A stretch of 64,000 nt of DNA from Callorhinchus milii. Its lineage: Eukaryota. Positions 25,951-38,842 of this stretch are shown here, piece after piece. The translations under genes were made by a program, and so were the position numbers. Position 1 is the first letter of the stretch. The number at the start of each line of letters is the position of its first letter. The notes below the pieces were generated by a model. That model did no database searches. It had not been told where the DNA came from and saw only the letters and a list, made by a program, of their open reading frames with translations. Location: contig NW_024704743.1 in assembly GCF_018977255.1 (NCBI RefSeq), forward strand, positions 59,212,001-59,276,000. The letters run 5' to 3'.

Positions 25951-26107
25951 TTAAAATTAAGATTTTCCAGAATTGTTGAACATTCCTAAATTTCAGTCTT
26001 AATTTGGAAGAACTTTTCATTCTGTGTACCTTTGTAAGAACTGTGGAAAAACAACTTTCAAATTCAGACTGAAACTTAAGAATTTTCTGCACAATCTTAA
26101 ATTTTAA
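25951..26107. repeat. Imperfect AT-rich palindrome (probable MITE relic)
   Basis: ttaaaattaagatt..ttcagtcttaatttggaag pairs with ctttcaaattcagactgaaac..aatcttaaattttaa; internally similar to the 9563 and 27727 MITEs. Confidence 0.6.
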
Positions 26108-27339
26108 TTTGAGGATTTGAATTTCGAGCTATTGCGTATTTATTCAGATAAATAAATGAAGGAATCTTGTGATACTTGGAGCAGCAGTTTCAGTCTACTT
26201 TTTTGCACTTCCAATACCTCTTACAGTGCATCAATTTCAGTGGACCGAAAGACTTGTACACAACTTTCCTGTCTTTCATGAACTTGAGTGGATGATTTCT
26301 GAAATAAAACCAGAGATTGTTGTAGTATTTTTGATTAAGATGAGGAAATGCTTTGCAGCTTGATGAAATAGTTCCCTAGCTCCCCTTTTGCTGGTTCAGT
26401 TGGCTTATACAGAGCCAGTTTAAGATAGAGTCAAACAGACAAGGACGATCTCCAAAGCTAAGCTGATTTAGTTGATCTTTCGTGGAATGGGGTTTTGATC
26501 AGCATGAGCTTCTGTTCCTGAATACTATTCAGTACCCCTTACTGAAAAGTTTATATATATGAATTTGGTCAATGGCAGGATTGGGTTCAGCTATGATGCC
26601 GCACATATTTAAAAAGCCATTGTTATACAATACAAATTTACATTTATATAGCGCTTTCACATCAGAAGGATGTCCCAAGGCGCTTAACAGTAATGGCTTG
26701 GCCCGAGTTGGGAGTGGAAGTCGAAAGGAGTGGGGAGGGGCAAGATGACCAATAGAGATGGTCAAAGAGGAGTTCCAAATCCAAACTAAGTTTTGTGCAC
26801 TGTTTCCAGCTGATATTTCTTTGTTGAATGAATATTAATTTTAAAACAAATATTCATCTTTATGTTCTAAGGCCACAAAATCTGTATTCGACTGGTTTAT
26901 ACCAAATGCAAGGATTATTATTATTTTATTAATAATTACAAATTCTCAGAAACTGAACAACTTGTGAGGCTGAGATTTTATTATTTCCTGAGGTGGTCCA
27001 TTAGTGTTCCTCTGACCTGATTACCAATGTAACCTTAACTTTGAATTTGCCTTTGTTGAGAAGATCCTTAACTTTTCTCCCTGCAACAAGTGCAACAAGC
27101 AATGGTATTTCTCAATGAAACATCTCACTGAAGGTCGATCCTTCCTTTGTGGACAACTGTAACATCAGAAAGTAAAACCCGGTTCTTGTTTACTGTAGTT
27201 AAGCAATTCGAGAATGCTCTGAGATGTTGAGTTCTCTTTTTTGCCTTTAGATTCAGCAATGTACTATCTGATGCCAAAGCAAAAGCCTTTCCCACAGGGT
27301 CCATTTTGAAATGATTGGCAACAAAGAATACATTCATTT

Positions 27340-27500
27340 ATATTTTTAGATAATTATTTGGGGAGGATATGATTGCAGGGTTATGGGAAGAAAGTGGGGA
27401 AATGCGATTAATTTGGATAGCTCTTTTCAAAAAGCTGGCACAGACACAATGGGCTGAATGGCCTCCTTCTGTGCTATATAATTCTAGGATTCTATGATTC
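27340..27500 (+). mobile_element. CR1 3' UTR fragment
   Basis: Closely similar to 48195-48344 and ends in ATTCTAKG repeats. Further CR1 tails at about 24740-24870, 43320-43470 (-), 43620-43750, 52370-52660 and 63415-63680 (-). Confidence 0.85.
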
Positions 27501-27726
27501 ATTTATCTTCAACAGATCTGAACTATAGCAACTGACAAGAACTCTACTGTCAAACAGTTAAAAACACACATGCTTCAAAAACTTTTTTTCAGAGCAAAAT
27601 GATAGTTTCAGTGGGTTAGCTTTCTAGTTTGTGCTGAAGACTTCTTAACACTGAAGTGGTTGTAACATGTTTGTGTGGTACAATTCTTCAGTGTGTTTCA
27701 TGACATTTATAGAGAGAAATTCCACT

Positions 27727-27927
27727 TAGACCTAGATTTATTCTTATTTATGGAGCATTTTAGAGCGACCAGAATTTGGCAATTTATTGAATTCAGTCTC
27801 AACTTTGAAGTTGATTTTCTGTAGTTCTTAAAATAATTTACCGAAAACAATAAAGACAGTATTTAAGAATTTTACAAAGTTCAGACCCTCTAAAATCCTA
27901 TGTAAATAGAGTAAATCTAGACCCCAG
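27727..27927. mobile_element. Second copy of the TCTAGATTTACT-TIR MITE
   Basis: gacctagatttattc ... gagtaaatctagacccc; the interior is a diverged reverse complement of 9580-9750. Confidence 0.7.
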
Positions 27928-30900
27928 TGATTTATCCCTCAGGGAGGCTAAGAAAATCAGTTCAGATGAATGTCTGACTGCAACTGATTAGAGAGATGCA
28001 GTCTGCTGTACCTCTGATCTATTCACACTAGGTATTCCCCATTTATACTCCTGGAAATGATTTCAAATGTGCTTCCAACAGGAAAGAAACTTAGAACAGA
28101 AAGGAGCATTTATATATCCTCAAAGTGCAACCAGCCCTTTAATAATTTAGAAATGGTCACGTATACATATCACCCAGGAACTTTTAAATGACTATTTTGA
28201 AGTCGAGATCGTCTGCACTAAAGCAGTGTAAATGCAATACCAGCATTTTAATTGTTTGAATCCCGTGAGCAGAAGATAGTGAATAAGATTCAAATAATCT
28301 GAGTCAAAGTTGCTATCCCTGGCCACTGTGATAGCCAGCAAGGGAATGTGCCAAGATAGTTAGGCTGGTGGAGTCCACACATGCATAGGCACCCTCAAAA
28401 TTATTTTTTTAAATTTTGGTTTTGGACCCGGCCTACCGAGGTCCCAATTCCGAATACCCGGAGTCCAGTAAGTCAAGAGGTTACTGTTACTATATTCCTT
28501 GCATTTTAGATTAACAAGAAAACCAACATAATAATTCAATAAAGATACATGGTTATTCTCAACGCTTATCATATTACAAATCTTTAATCTTTACTGTTTG
28601 TAAACCATAACTGGCAAATTCTTATTGATTCCTTAATTATCAGACCAATCTGCATGCCACAAACATTAAATAAGTATTTGGATGTCTTTCACAAAAGAGC
28701 ACAGAGAATTTTTATTTTATTGTAATTTATATCATCAAAATATCTAAAATTGCTTCATAAGTAATTACTTCAAACAATCTGACTCAAAATCGCTATCCCT
28801 GGCTACAGTGAAGGCCACAAGGACAGTGAACTGCCTCCAAGGTGACGTACTTTGCAACGGAATATCAGAATCGAGCCAGCCTCTGTGGCGGTCTCAGTAG
28901 CCTAGTTCCTGAGGCAGGCAGGTCCACAGTACTCCCAAGTCAGCACAGCCAGCCTGGCTCTATGGCAGGATCTGGAAGGGCAGACCAGTCACTGGGGGAT
29001 GGCATCCTCCCACTCAGCTCCTGCTCACATTGCAAGCCAAAGTCCTAATGGGTAGGCTGGTCCGAGGATGTGTAAATAAAGCCATATAAGTCCTAAATTG
29101 TATACTCTAAAATCCAACAATTCTAAATTGCTGTATTTTGTTTCATATAACTGGAATATAAATTCAATGGCATTTGATGGGAGTTACCAATAGTTTTGCA
29201 GGAATGTTCCCTTTTCACCTTTTCATTAAAATGTGCTTTTCGGAGATCATTACTTAGGGAAATATTCAAGAGCGTCACGGACAACTATTAACTTTAAGTT
29301 TGTTTAATGGCAGTTTTATGTGAGGTGGGTGGCCTGTAGAATCAGTTAAGATCTGCGTCTGGCTTCAAACTTGATTCAACAAAACATAAAACATATGGAC
29401 GGAACACACTTGAACTCCTGTATTCTTAATGAAAAGGATTCATTTTGGTGCCAGTTTTATATTCAATATTCATTTATTCCCAATGGAAAAGTGTTTTAAA
29501 TTAATCCCATTAACATGTTCAGGACATTCTAGATGTGGAATGACATGGTTACAAACTAGGACGGGACAAATCCTTTTTTTCCCCAAATCATTCATGTCAA
29601 ATTGTGAAATTCATAAACAATGCTTTCTTTCAGATATTCTTGTTTTTTAATCAGAGCATAACATTTCTGCTTATATTAAGATATAAGCAATGCTTTGTCC
29701 AGATTTGTTCTGCAACTCTTAATTGTCTGATATTGATCCACTGAGCATCTAGATAATACCAGTTTTCCAGTTGTAGTTTATATATAATGATATAGAATCT
29801 GAAAAATGAAGAGTTAGCATGGATGGGTGTGAAGTGCATCTCGCTTCACTGGGTTTGGTATACTTAGTGATCAAGGGGTACATCCTTCTTGTAGTTGATT
29901 TGAAAGGTTAGTCGACCATAGCGTTTGACAGAATGGGTCACATCAATATTACAGTGCTCACTACTAACTGTTCACTATTAATAACGCTTAAATTTAGTAT
30001 AGCATCTATAAGTCAAGCCATCTCAAAGTATTTCATAGGGAATTGCTGTTTAGAGGTATAGAATGAACATAATGATAAGTTACTTTAGATATAATGACTT
30101 TCACGTCAGGAGGACAAAACTCTGAATCCTTCTGAAATATACCTGGGTTTCTATTCCACTGATAAAAGCGACATTTCTGCTCCTTATCTATCACCACTTC
30201 ACTGAGGTTGTGGTTATGGGGAACGGGGGGACGGAGGGATTTGGCATCTCATTATAGCATCGATATATGTACTACTCAGAACCCAAATATTCCCGTGTCA
30301 GTAACAGTGTGTAAATTCCATCCAATTTATTTCCTTGTCGTGAGTTTTAATTTATGGTTCACTACATCCAAACTGCTCAACCTCTTTGACAAATTATCAT
30401 TGTGACTGGCTGTGAGTCAGAATCCAGCGCTAAGTGATTTCTGCGCATGAAAAGGCCTCTGGCACCAGCAGTGAAGAATGCTCGGAGATTTATTGTGGAG
30501 TTCAGGCTGCAGCAGCAGCAAATTTCCTTGTAGTCCTTAGGGGAACAATTACTGTGAAAGACATTAACACACAACATTTCAAATTGAAATGGACATCAAC
30601 AACCAGGTCTTCTCTTGCAGGTGCCTGGGAAACAAGCAGTTAGTCACATGTTATCTACAGTTATATCTGAAATATTCACAGTGCATATTAAAAGTGATTA
30701 AACAGCTCCGTCAAAGGGCAGCATTGACAGTTTTCATCCACATGTTTTCTATGTGGGCTTTCTAACATAAAATCCAAAATACAAATGCCTTATTTTAAAA
30801 AAAGGTCCTCCCCCTCCCCCAGTACCTCCCCACCCCCTCATTTTACGGTGTCTCATAATGTGGAGAAATTACTGTAGTTATTAAAGTTTTCATGGATGAA

Positions 30901-32169
30901 CACAGACCTCTGTTGGACTTGGCAGAAGGTGGCATGGGGAGCTGATGTGGCTCAATGGGTTGGACTACTTTCCCATCAGGGTAGGCTTTGGATTGCAGGC
31001 TTGAGGATATGTCTGTATTTTTCAAATCTCATTGATATGCTAGACAGACTGCTCAGTTACCAACAATTCCTGAAGGTCATCTGTTTTAGCTCTACGTTGT
31101 GACTGGAGCTCATAATGTTGGTTGATTATCCAGTGCAGTATTGAGGAGTGCTGCTTTCTAAGGGATGCTGACCTTCAGGTGAGTAGTTAAACTGATCAGG
31201 TAGACAGTTAAGATCTCAAGACGCTACTCAAGAAGAGAAGGGAGTTTCTTCTGGTTCCCTAGCCAACAATCCTCCAGATCAATTGCGATTCATTTCACGG
31301 CTGTTTGTGGAACTTTACTCTGCAGAATATTACTGCCATTTTTACCTAAAAAATACAATTGCTACATTTGACATAAATTACTGTAACACGCATGTTTTGA
31401 TATATAAGGGTCTATGAAACTGCAAGATCTTTCTTACTGGAGGACAATACAATACAAATTGACATTTCCATATTCTGCCTTCCATATTGAGAGCAAATCC
31501 CTAAGGTGTTTGGGAGCCAAAGTTCCAAGAGCCACCCTGTTATAAGGTGCCCTCTTATAAGGTGGGTTCATCTATAAGATGGGAGTCCTGTCATGGACTG
31601 GTCAACTTGTCACATACAAATAATAGCTGACTTCTGAGTTGTCAGATCACCACTGATGCCATTTCCTGCAAGTACTGCACAACAACAAATTTACATAGCA
31701 GCTTTCATGTCAGGAAAAGGTCAAAGGTGCTGTACAGTCAAGGGATTCATAAGTTGGCCTTTTTTAGCACAGCAAGCCAGCAAGCGTGCAGTGACCTAAT
31801 GACCCAAAGTCATCCATTTTTCGTCGCTTCATTGTAACACGGGGCCTGAGACCTTGGAACTGGACACATTATAATGAGGTTGTTTTGTTCAAATCTGTCT
31901 TACTTCATCAGTTTCATTTCCTTGGAGCTCACTTTCACTACCGAAAGCCCCCACCTGCATTAGATTTAGACCTGGTACTCATTTTAATCAGCCTCAAAAT
32001 GTGAAGGGCTGAGTTAACCTATTCGGATTGAAACCCAGAAATTTCTGGTCTTAATTCCAATACTCAACCAACTGAGCTATTCGGGTTACCTTAGCTCACT
32101 GGGTTTGGTGTATGGAGCAAGAGACCCAAGGGGATTAATAAGTATCTTTTAAAAGATGAGTCCCACACT

Positions 32170-32750
32170 CACGACAAAAGGTAATAAACCTCGTCGCAGC
32201 CAAAATGCTAGTCCACATCTTTGTCACCTCCCGTCTCGAATGTTCAAACGCTCTTCTTGACGATCTCCCCAACTCCACTATCCACAAAATCCAACTGCTC
32301 CAAAACTCCACCGACCATGTACTGAACCACTCTAACCTCTGTACCCCCATCACACCAGTCCTCTCCAGGCTCCACTGGCTCCCTGTCATAGAATGGATCG
32401 ACTTCAAGATCCTGACACTCATCTACAAATCCCATTATGCCCTGGCACCTCCTGATTTCTCCGACCTGCTTATTCCACACACCACCACTTGCCACCTTTT
32501 CTCGGCTGGCTCTGGCCTGCGCCATGTCCTTCATCCCCTACGTTCCACCATCAGTGGCCGTGCCTTCTGCAACTTCCTTTCTCCCTCAATCCCTCTGCCT
32601 TTCTCCTTCCTTCCCCATTTTGAGATCACACCTCAAGACCATGTCCTTGGTCATCTGCCCCAGTTGGGTGTCAGGCTCCAACACTGTTAAGCACTCCAAG
32701 ATGCTACCTTGCATGTAGAACGCTATATAAATGAAAGTTGTTGATGTTGA
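32170..32750 (+). mobile_element. L2 3' fragment (older)
   Basis: ORF 32205: LVHIFVTSRLECSNALL...LHWLPVIEWIDFKIL, followed by the L2 tail. Confidence 0.88.
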
Positions 32751-32944
32751 TAAAGTTTCCTCCCAACTCTGTTGGTAGAATTGTGTAGAATGTTATAGTA
32801 CAGAAACAGGCAAATCAGTTCTTATTCCGGTATTCATACTCCACATGAGCCTCCACCATTCCTAATCTCTCCCATACCCCTCTAAATATATGGTCCTGAA
32901 TCATATGGACTGCAAATGTCCTAGCACCAGGAGTCATTTATTTG

Positions 32945-33170
32945 TCCTCAGGAGCCACAGGCTTGGGAGGGGAAACATCAGCTAGTGTTTCTGATTGCCA
33001 TCCATTGATCCTAATTTGTGAGGACAGGTGATGGCAAGTTCGGCTGTGATCTTCCCCACAGTAAATAATCTACCAACACCCACTGGTAAAACTCATATTG
33101 ACTTAAGCAAGGTAGCAGAGAGGTGCCTGCTCCTGTGTAGCATTAACCCAGCATGAGGAGAGCCCCTTCC
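32945..33170 (+). mobile_element. AmnSINE2-like ancient SINE fragment
   Basis: 'gggaggggaaacatcagctag..gtgaggacagg..ttcggctgtgatcttccccacagtaaataatctaccaacacccactg..cccagcatgag' resembles the AmnSINE2 body as recalled. Possible relatives at about 51180-51330 (-) and 63270-63385 (-). Confidence 0.5.
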
Positions 33171-33479
33171 ATTAAAACCTCACATCTTAGCAGGTAAAAC
33201 TGTCAATTTTCCTCACACTGCTTATCTCTACATTCTGGTGATATACTGAAATGTAATTAAGTGCACATGGTTGGCTATATAAGTGGCAGTACATTTGGAG
33301 GATTTATAGGAAACTAATACTTCTGTATCAGTTGGGAAATCTTTGAAATTCTTGGAATTTTGTTTGGAACATATGAATTCCCAACTTGCATCTGGCTTCT
33401 TTTGCCGTGCAGTTCAATGCTGACTATGACCTGCCACTGAAACTCAGTGAGTGCACGTGTGAGGATAATCTCTCAGCTG

Positions 33480-34180
33480 CTAACACTATAGCTTCCGAGT
33501 CAAAAGATTGTGGTTCAAGCCCTATGAGGACTTTAAGCTCATAATCCGGGCCATCGCTCCAATACCATGCTGGGGGAGTCTTGGTTGAGATGATAAACCA
33601 AGGTCCTGTCTGCAATCTATCTGCCTTATCAGGTGGACCTTAAAAATCCCAATGCATGATTTAAAAAGATAAGGGAGTTTCTCCCAGTGTCCTGGTCAAC
33701 AATCCTCCAAATCTAATTAGTTACTGATTTTATGTTGTGGGACATTGCTGTGTGCAAATTGCCGCATTTTCCTATAATTAGATAATATAATAATAATAAT
33801 CCTTGCATTTAATATAGCATTTTTTATGTCTTCTAGACGTCTCAAAGTGCTTCACAGAATATACAGTAAAGTGAATTGACTGTATATTTGTGGGTGAAAC
33901 ATGGCAGCCAATTGCACACAGCAGTGTCCCACAAACAGTTATGGATTGAGTGACCAAATTATTATTGTTTTTTTCTTGAGGGATTATTATCAGGCGTGTG
34001 GAGTAAGGAAACTTGGCCAAGGTTTCGTACTGCTGGGAATCGAACCCAGGTCTCTCACTTGCAAGGCTAGTGCTCTAACCACTGAGCTACAGGACTCTGA
34101 GCACTACATTTTTCAGTAACAATCTTGTGAAGTACTTTGAGATGTTTTGATGACATGATAAGGTGCTAGATCAAAAATGC
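33480..34180 (+). mobile_element. Deu-domain SINE split by a younger SINE
   Basis: Head and core at 33480-33780; the tail resumes at 34101-34180. Confidence 0.75.
33781..34095 (-). mobile_element. tRNA-derived SINE with intact Pol III head
   Basis: Minus strand reads GTAGCTCAGTGGTTAGAGC (A box) ... GGTTCGATTCC (B box), then a Deu-like core and (ATT)n tail. Confidence 0.88.
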
Positions 34181-34611
34181 AGGGTCAGGCAAGCCTAGAA
34201 ATAGAGGTAGACACATTTTGGTGCCTATCCTTTCACCTATGCAACTTGAGTTTGTACCCAAAACAATGGAATGAAAATTGTTCTGATACTGATGAATGCT
34301 CTCTTTCTATTGCAAGAGAACCTGACTGAGGTTGCTTGTACTGAAATTTGAAATTTACACTGTGGATTGGAATCCAAAGTACTTGGGCTGCAGAAACCTT
34401 TTTATCTGGGAATATTACAGGATAACTACATAGAAATACACTGAGCCATCATAAACAACTGGCTGCTATAACACATTTGGGACATTGAAGTCTAATTTGC
34501 AATATGCCCCAATCAATTTGTTAGAATAATTGTGACTCTTGTTTTAGGAGGGTTGGATTGCAAAGGCTGGCAAATTGTAAACCCCATATCAGCAAAGTCC
34601 AAAAAGGCCAA

Positions 34612-35832
34612 CTACAACAATAACAAGATTCCATTTATAGAGCACCTTTCACGTCGGGAGGACGTCCCAAGGCACTGGACAGTTGGGTCAGGACCCGAGC
34701 CTTGGGGAGAAAATGGTCAGGGTGAGGGGAGGGAAGGGAGGGAGCGAGGAGGGGGGAAATGGTCAGGGTGATGGGAGGGAAGGGAGGGAGGGAGCGAGGA
34801 GCGGGGAGAGAGTCGAGAGGGGAGGTGAAGGCACGGTCAAGAGAAAGGTCTTGAGACCGGCCTTGAAGGAGGAAAGGGAGGAGGCGGCGAAGGCACTGGG
34901 GGATAGAGTTCCAGAGCCTCGGGGCTGAGAGGCTGAAGGCCCGGCCACCGATGGTAGGGCGGTTGGGACGGGGGATGTGGAGCAGACCGGAGCCAGAGGA
35001 ACGGAGGGTACGGGCGGGTAGGTAGGGGGATAGTAGGTCGGAAAGGTAGGAGAGAGCAAGGTAGGTGAGGATGAGTATCTTGAAATCAATCCTCTGGGGG
35101 ATGGGGAGCCAGTGGAGGGGAGCGAGGGTGGGAGTGATGTGGTCCCGAAGCCTGGTGCGGGACAGTACACGAGCTGCAGAGTTCTGAATGACCTGCAGCT
35201 TGTGGAGGGAGGTGCCGGGAAGGCCGGCGAGGAGAGAGTTCCCACAGTCCAGCCTTGAGGTGATAAAGGTGTGGACCAGAGTTTCAGCAGCGTGAGGGGT
35301 GAGGTAGTGCCGTAGTCTGGCGATATTCTGGAGGTGATGGAAAGCGGTGCCAGTTGTGGCGCGGATATGGAAGAAAGGACGGCTCAGGGTCGAACAGAAC
35401 CCCGAGGTTCCTGACTGGCTTTGAGAGGTGGAGAGTGCAGCCTTGGATGCTGATGCTGTCAGCGCCTGAGGTGCGGAGGCGCTGACGTGAGCCAATCAGG
35501 AGGGCCTCAGTTTTGCGTACGTTGAGCTGAAGAAAGTTGTCTCTCGTCCAGGACTCGATGTCGGACAGGCAGCTGTCAGGACATCGGTAGTCGTGGAGTT
35601 GAGGGAAGAGGAGGAAAGGTAGAGTTGGGTGTCATCCGCATACATGTGGAAGTTAACTCCATGTCTGCGGATGATGTCACCAAGGGGGAGCATATAGAAG
35701 GTGAAGAGGAGGGGACCGAGGACAGAGCCCTGAGGGACACTGCACGAGACAGTGCGGGGGCGGAGGAAAAGCCGTTTGTGGAAACAAAATGAAGACGGTG
35801 GGAGAGGTACGACCTAAACCACTCCAAGACAG
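34612..35832 (-). mobile_element. L2 LINE, 5'-truncated RT pseudogene with complete 3' tail
   Basis: [20 protein letters not shown] and LHWLPIPQRIDFKIL spread over shifted frames; tail ends in (TTG)n. Confidence 0.95.
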
Positions 35833-36092
35833 GTGGAGGAAGAAACTAGCAAGAAACTGGAGTTTAGTAGTACTATTTATAATCCCATGAATGTGGTTTA
35901 TGTGCCACTAATAGGAAACATAAGAGGTACTTGTTCTTTCCTCTGTTTTGCTTTATACTTTTCCATTTCAACCTTGCTGACATTTATGATTGCCTCACAC
36001 AACTAAATAGAACAGTTGCTTGCAAATTGTCTGGTAATGATTGATTTCAGTGTTATGTCTTTCACCCATCATTTATTTATTTCTTCCTAAAG

Positions 36093-36161
36093 GGTGACCG
36101 TGGTCTGCCTGGTTCACCTGGTCTTAGAGGAGATGTTGGCATTGGATATCCTGGCTCAAAG
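36093..36161 (+). CDS. COL28A1: Collagen exon, 69 nt (GDRGLPGSPGLRGDVGIGYPGSK), G1G imperfection
   Basis: AAG acceptor after a pyrimidine tract, donor GTAAAT at 36162. Confidence 0.92.
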
Positions 36162-37677
36162 GTAAATGACAGTATTCTTCTTCATATAGTGACCAATGTA
36201 TTAACCGCTGAGCAGCATGGCACAGTAAGTAAGAATGGGGAATTTGTAAGTAAAGCAAATGATAATTGTTCAGCATCAAAATCATCAGATTAAACATTTA
36301 TGTGATTAATAAGTGGTCCAATGTCAGTAAAATAATATTATTTCACCCACAAAAGTACAGTCAATTCACTTTATAGTATTTCTGTGAAGTACTTTGAGAT
36401 GTCTCGAAGACGTGATAAATCACTATGCAAGGATTATTATTGTGCAGAAATTAAATCCAGGCAAAGAAAAGGGACAGTAATATCCAAGAAAAGACAGTGA
36501 TTGTTGACTGAGGCTTGAAATTGTCACCACCTTAATCTTAAAACCTGAGGCTCGAAATTCCACAGAACCGTCAAAATTTACAGGACAAAAGAAGGGCCAT
36601 CATTTCTATACTGGATCTTTGAAAGAACAATCCATTCAATCTAATTTCCCTGCCCTTTCCTTACCTCTCTCTTGCACCCCTATGTGTCACCTGCTCGGGC
36701 CTTCCACACTTTATAAAGCAACTTTGAGATGTTTCCTATGTGAAAGGCATGATATGTTGCTGTTATTGTTCTTTCATGAATACAATCCAATGCTACAACA
36801 TTCTTGAGAAGGTAGTGTAGCCAAACTGATACCATTTGTCCAGTTTCACTTGGAAGCACTCTCAACTCTGAGTGGGTCAGGAGGTTGTGGGTTCAGCCTC
36901 GAGCTAAGTATTTGAGTTCACAGTCTTGGCTGACACTCCAGTGCAGGCAAGCAGTGCGCTGTATTGTTGGAGATGCCGTTTGAGATGTTAAACCAAGGCC
37001 AGTCTGTCTGTTCAGGAGGACATTAAAGGATCCCAAGGCATTATTCAAAAAAAGAGAGAGATTCGACCAATGTTCTAGCTAACAATCACCCAGGTAAAAT
37101 TGGTCATTCAGTTCATGACTGTATGTGGGACAGTGCTATGTGCAAATTGCCTGCTGTATTTGCTTGCAAAGCTCACACTAATTATATTCTACAGCAAATC
37201 CTCTGAAGCACTTTGAGACATTTCCATAACATGATAAGACTATATCAAATGCAAAAAATATTTAATATTTGTATTATTCCAAATATGGCCTCACCAGTGA
37301 TCTATGCAAGATGAGAATATCTTTGCAATCAAATGTGTAAAATACCTTAAAAAAGTACAGAAAATAGAAAAAAGACTGAGCATTTATTGTGTAGATATTA
37401 TCCTGTCGGCAGAATCATTGTCCAGATAGGAATATGATTTCCTGTCAACTTCAAACATGTTGCCAGCCTACATCCACACATATATACATATAGAGATGTA
37501 TTGTCATAAGAACAAGTTGCTTTGTATGCTTTCAACATGTATTTTAAGACACTTAGTTAAGCAATTTGGTTGATAGGACATATAATCCTTGTAAATAGAT
37601 CTATGATTTTTCTCAATGCATATCAACAGCTGATTAAAAAAAAACACTAAACAACGTAAATGTTTCTGTCTCTTTAG

Positions 37678-37746
37678 GGTGACAAGGGTTTTCAAGGAAG
37701 ACCTGGTCCCCCTGGTCCGTTAGCAATTGGAGACCCTGGATCACCT
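37678..37746 (+). CDS. COL28A1: Collagen exon, 69 nt (GDKGFQGRPGPPGPLAIGDPGSP), G4G imperfection
   Basis: TCTTTAG acceptor, donor GTAAGT at 37747. Confidence 0.92.
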
Positions 37747-38051
37747 GTAAGTAAAACAGATTCTTGTTTGTGGTAAATAAATCCATACATTAGCAAACTG
37801 GTTTACTTTTCCGTACATTTATTTTTATAGACCCACAAACTCTAATATTCCTTTTTTGTCCATTTTTATATAATTGTAACTGTATGATGATGTGAGTGGC
37901 CCTCTGCTCGATAATGAATAACATTATAAACAGTCTGAACAATGGGAAACTCAAGTTTCTATGAGGATTGAATGGTGCAACATTCAGGGAATGTAAATCC
38001 ATCTTCCTCAATGCACTGTCAGAGATTAGATGCAGGTGTCTCCACCTTAAC

Positions 38052-38842
38052 CAGTGGTGGCCAACCCATGGCCCACCAACTAAAAGTGGCCCGGGGGGGT
38101 ATCAAGAAGTGGTCCGCAGAACATTTGCAGTAGTATAAGTAAGTCTGTGTTAAATCAATATTTTGTTTCCGGCAGCTACTTAGTAGCAATATTTATAATA
38201 TGACCAAACATATATGCCTCATACATACCTTCATTACATCCAGGCTCGATTATGCCAACTCTTGTCACCCTTCTCAACTCTTCCCTCCACAAGCTGCAGA
38301 TCAGCCAGAACTCTGGAGCTCATGTCCTCTCCCGCATCAGGCTGCGTGCCCTCATCACACCCACCCTCGCCCGGCTCCCCCGCCTCCCCATCCCTCAGAG
38401 GATTGAGTTCAAAATCCTCGTCCTCTCCTTCAAGACCATCCATGGCCTTGTCCCTCCTACCTCTCCAAACTGCTAACCCCTTATCAAGCTGTCTGCTCCC
38501 TTCTGCTCAGCAGGCTCTGGCCTGCTCCACCATTGGCAGTTGGGCCTTCAGCCTCCCTGCCCTCACCCTCTGGAACTCCATCCCACATACCCTTCGCCTC
38601 ACTCCTTCCCTTGCCTCCTTCAAGGTACGCCTCAAGACCCTCCTCTTTGACCATGTTTTCGGCTACCCATCCTGCCCTCCACCCTCCCTGATCCTAACCC
38701 CCTCCCAGGTCCTAATCCCTTACTGTTCAGCGCCTTGGGACGTCCTCCCGACATGAAAGGCACTTTACAAATGTCATTTTGTATTGTATTGTATATATCA
38801 AGAAATAATCAATCAAAAAAACATATTGGTTGGCCGACTAGT
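38052..38842. mobile_element. Possible hAT-like element interrupted by an L2
   Basis: Left end CAGTGGTGGCCAACC with tggccc motifs; degenerate right end GGTTGGCCGACTAG. Confidence 0.4.
38215..38793 (+). mobile_element. L2 3' fragment
   Basis: LIHTFITSRLDYANS, RIEFKILVL and the L2 tail ending in (TTGTA)n. Confidence 0.9.

Noticed and set aside
34030..34095. tRNA gene on the minus strand
   Set aside because: A and B boxes are present, but the sequence runs into a SINE body and tail and is homologous to the copy at 5492; it is a SINE head.
34635..35495. 286-aa ORF and overlapping Ser/Pro-rich ORFs
   Set aside because: L2 RT C-terminus and its alternative frames; the same peptides recur at other L2 copies.
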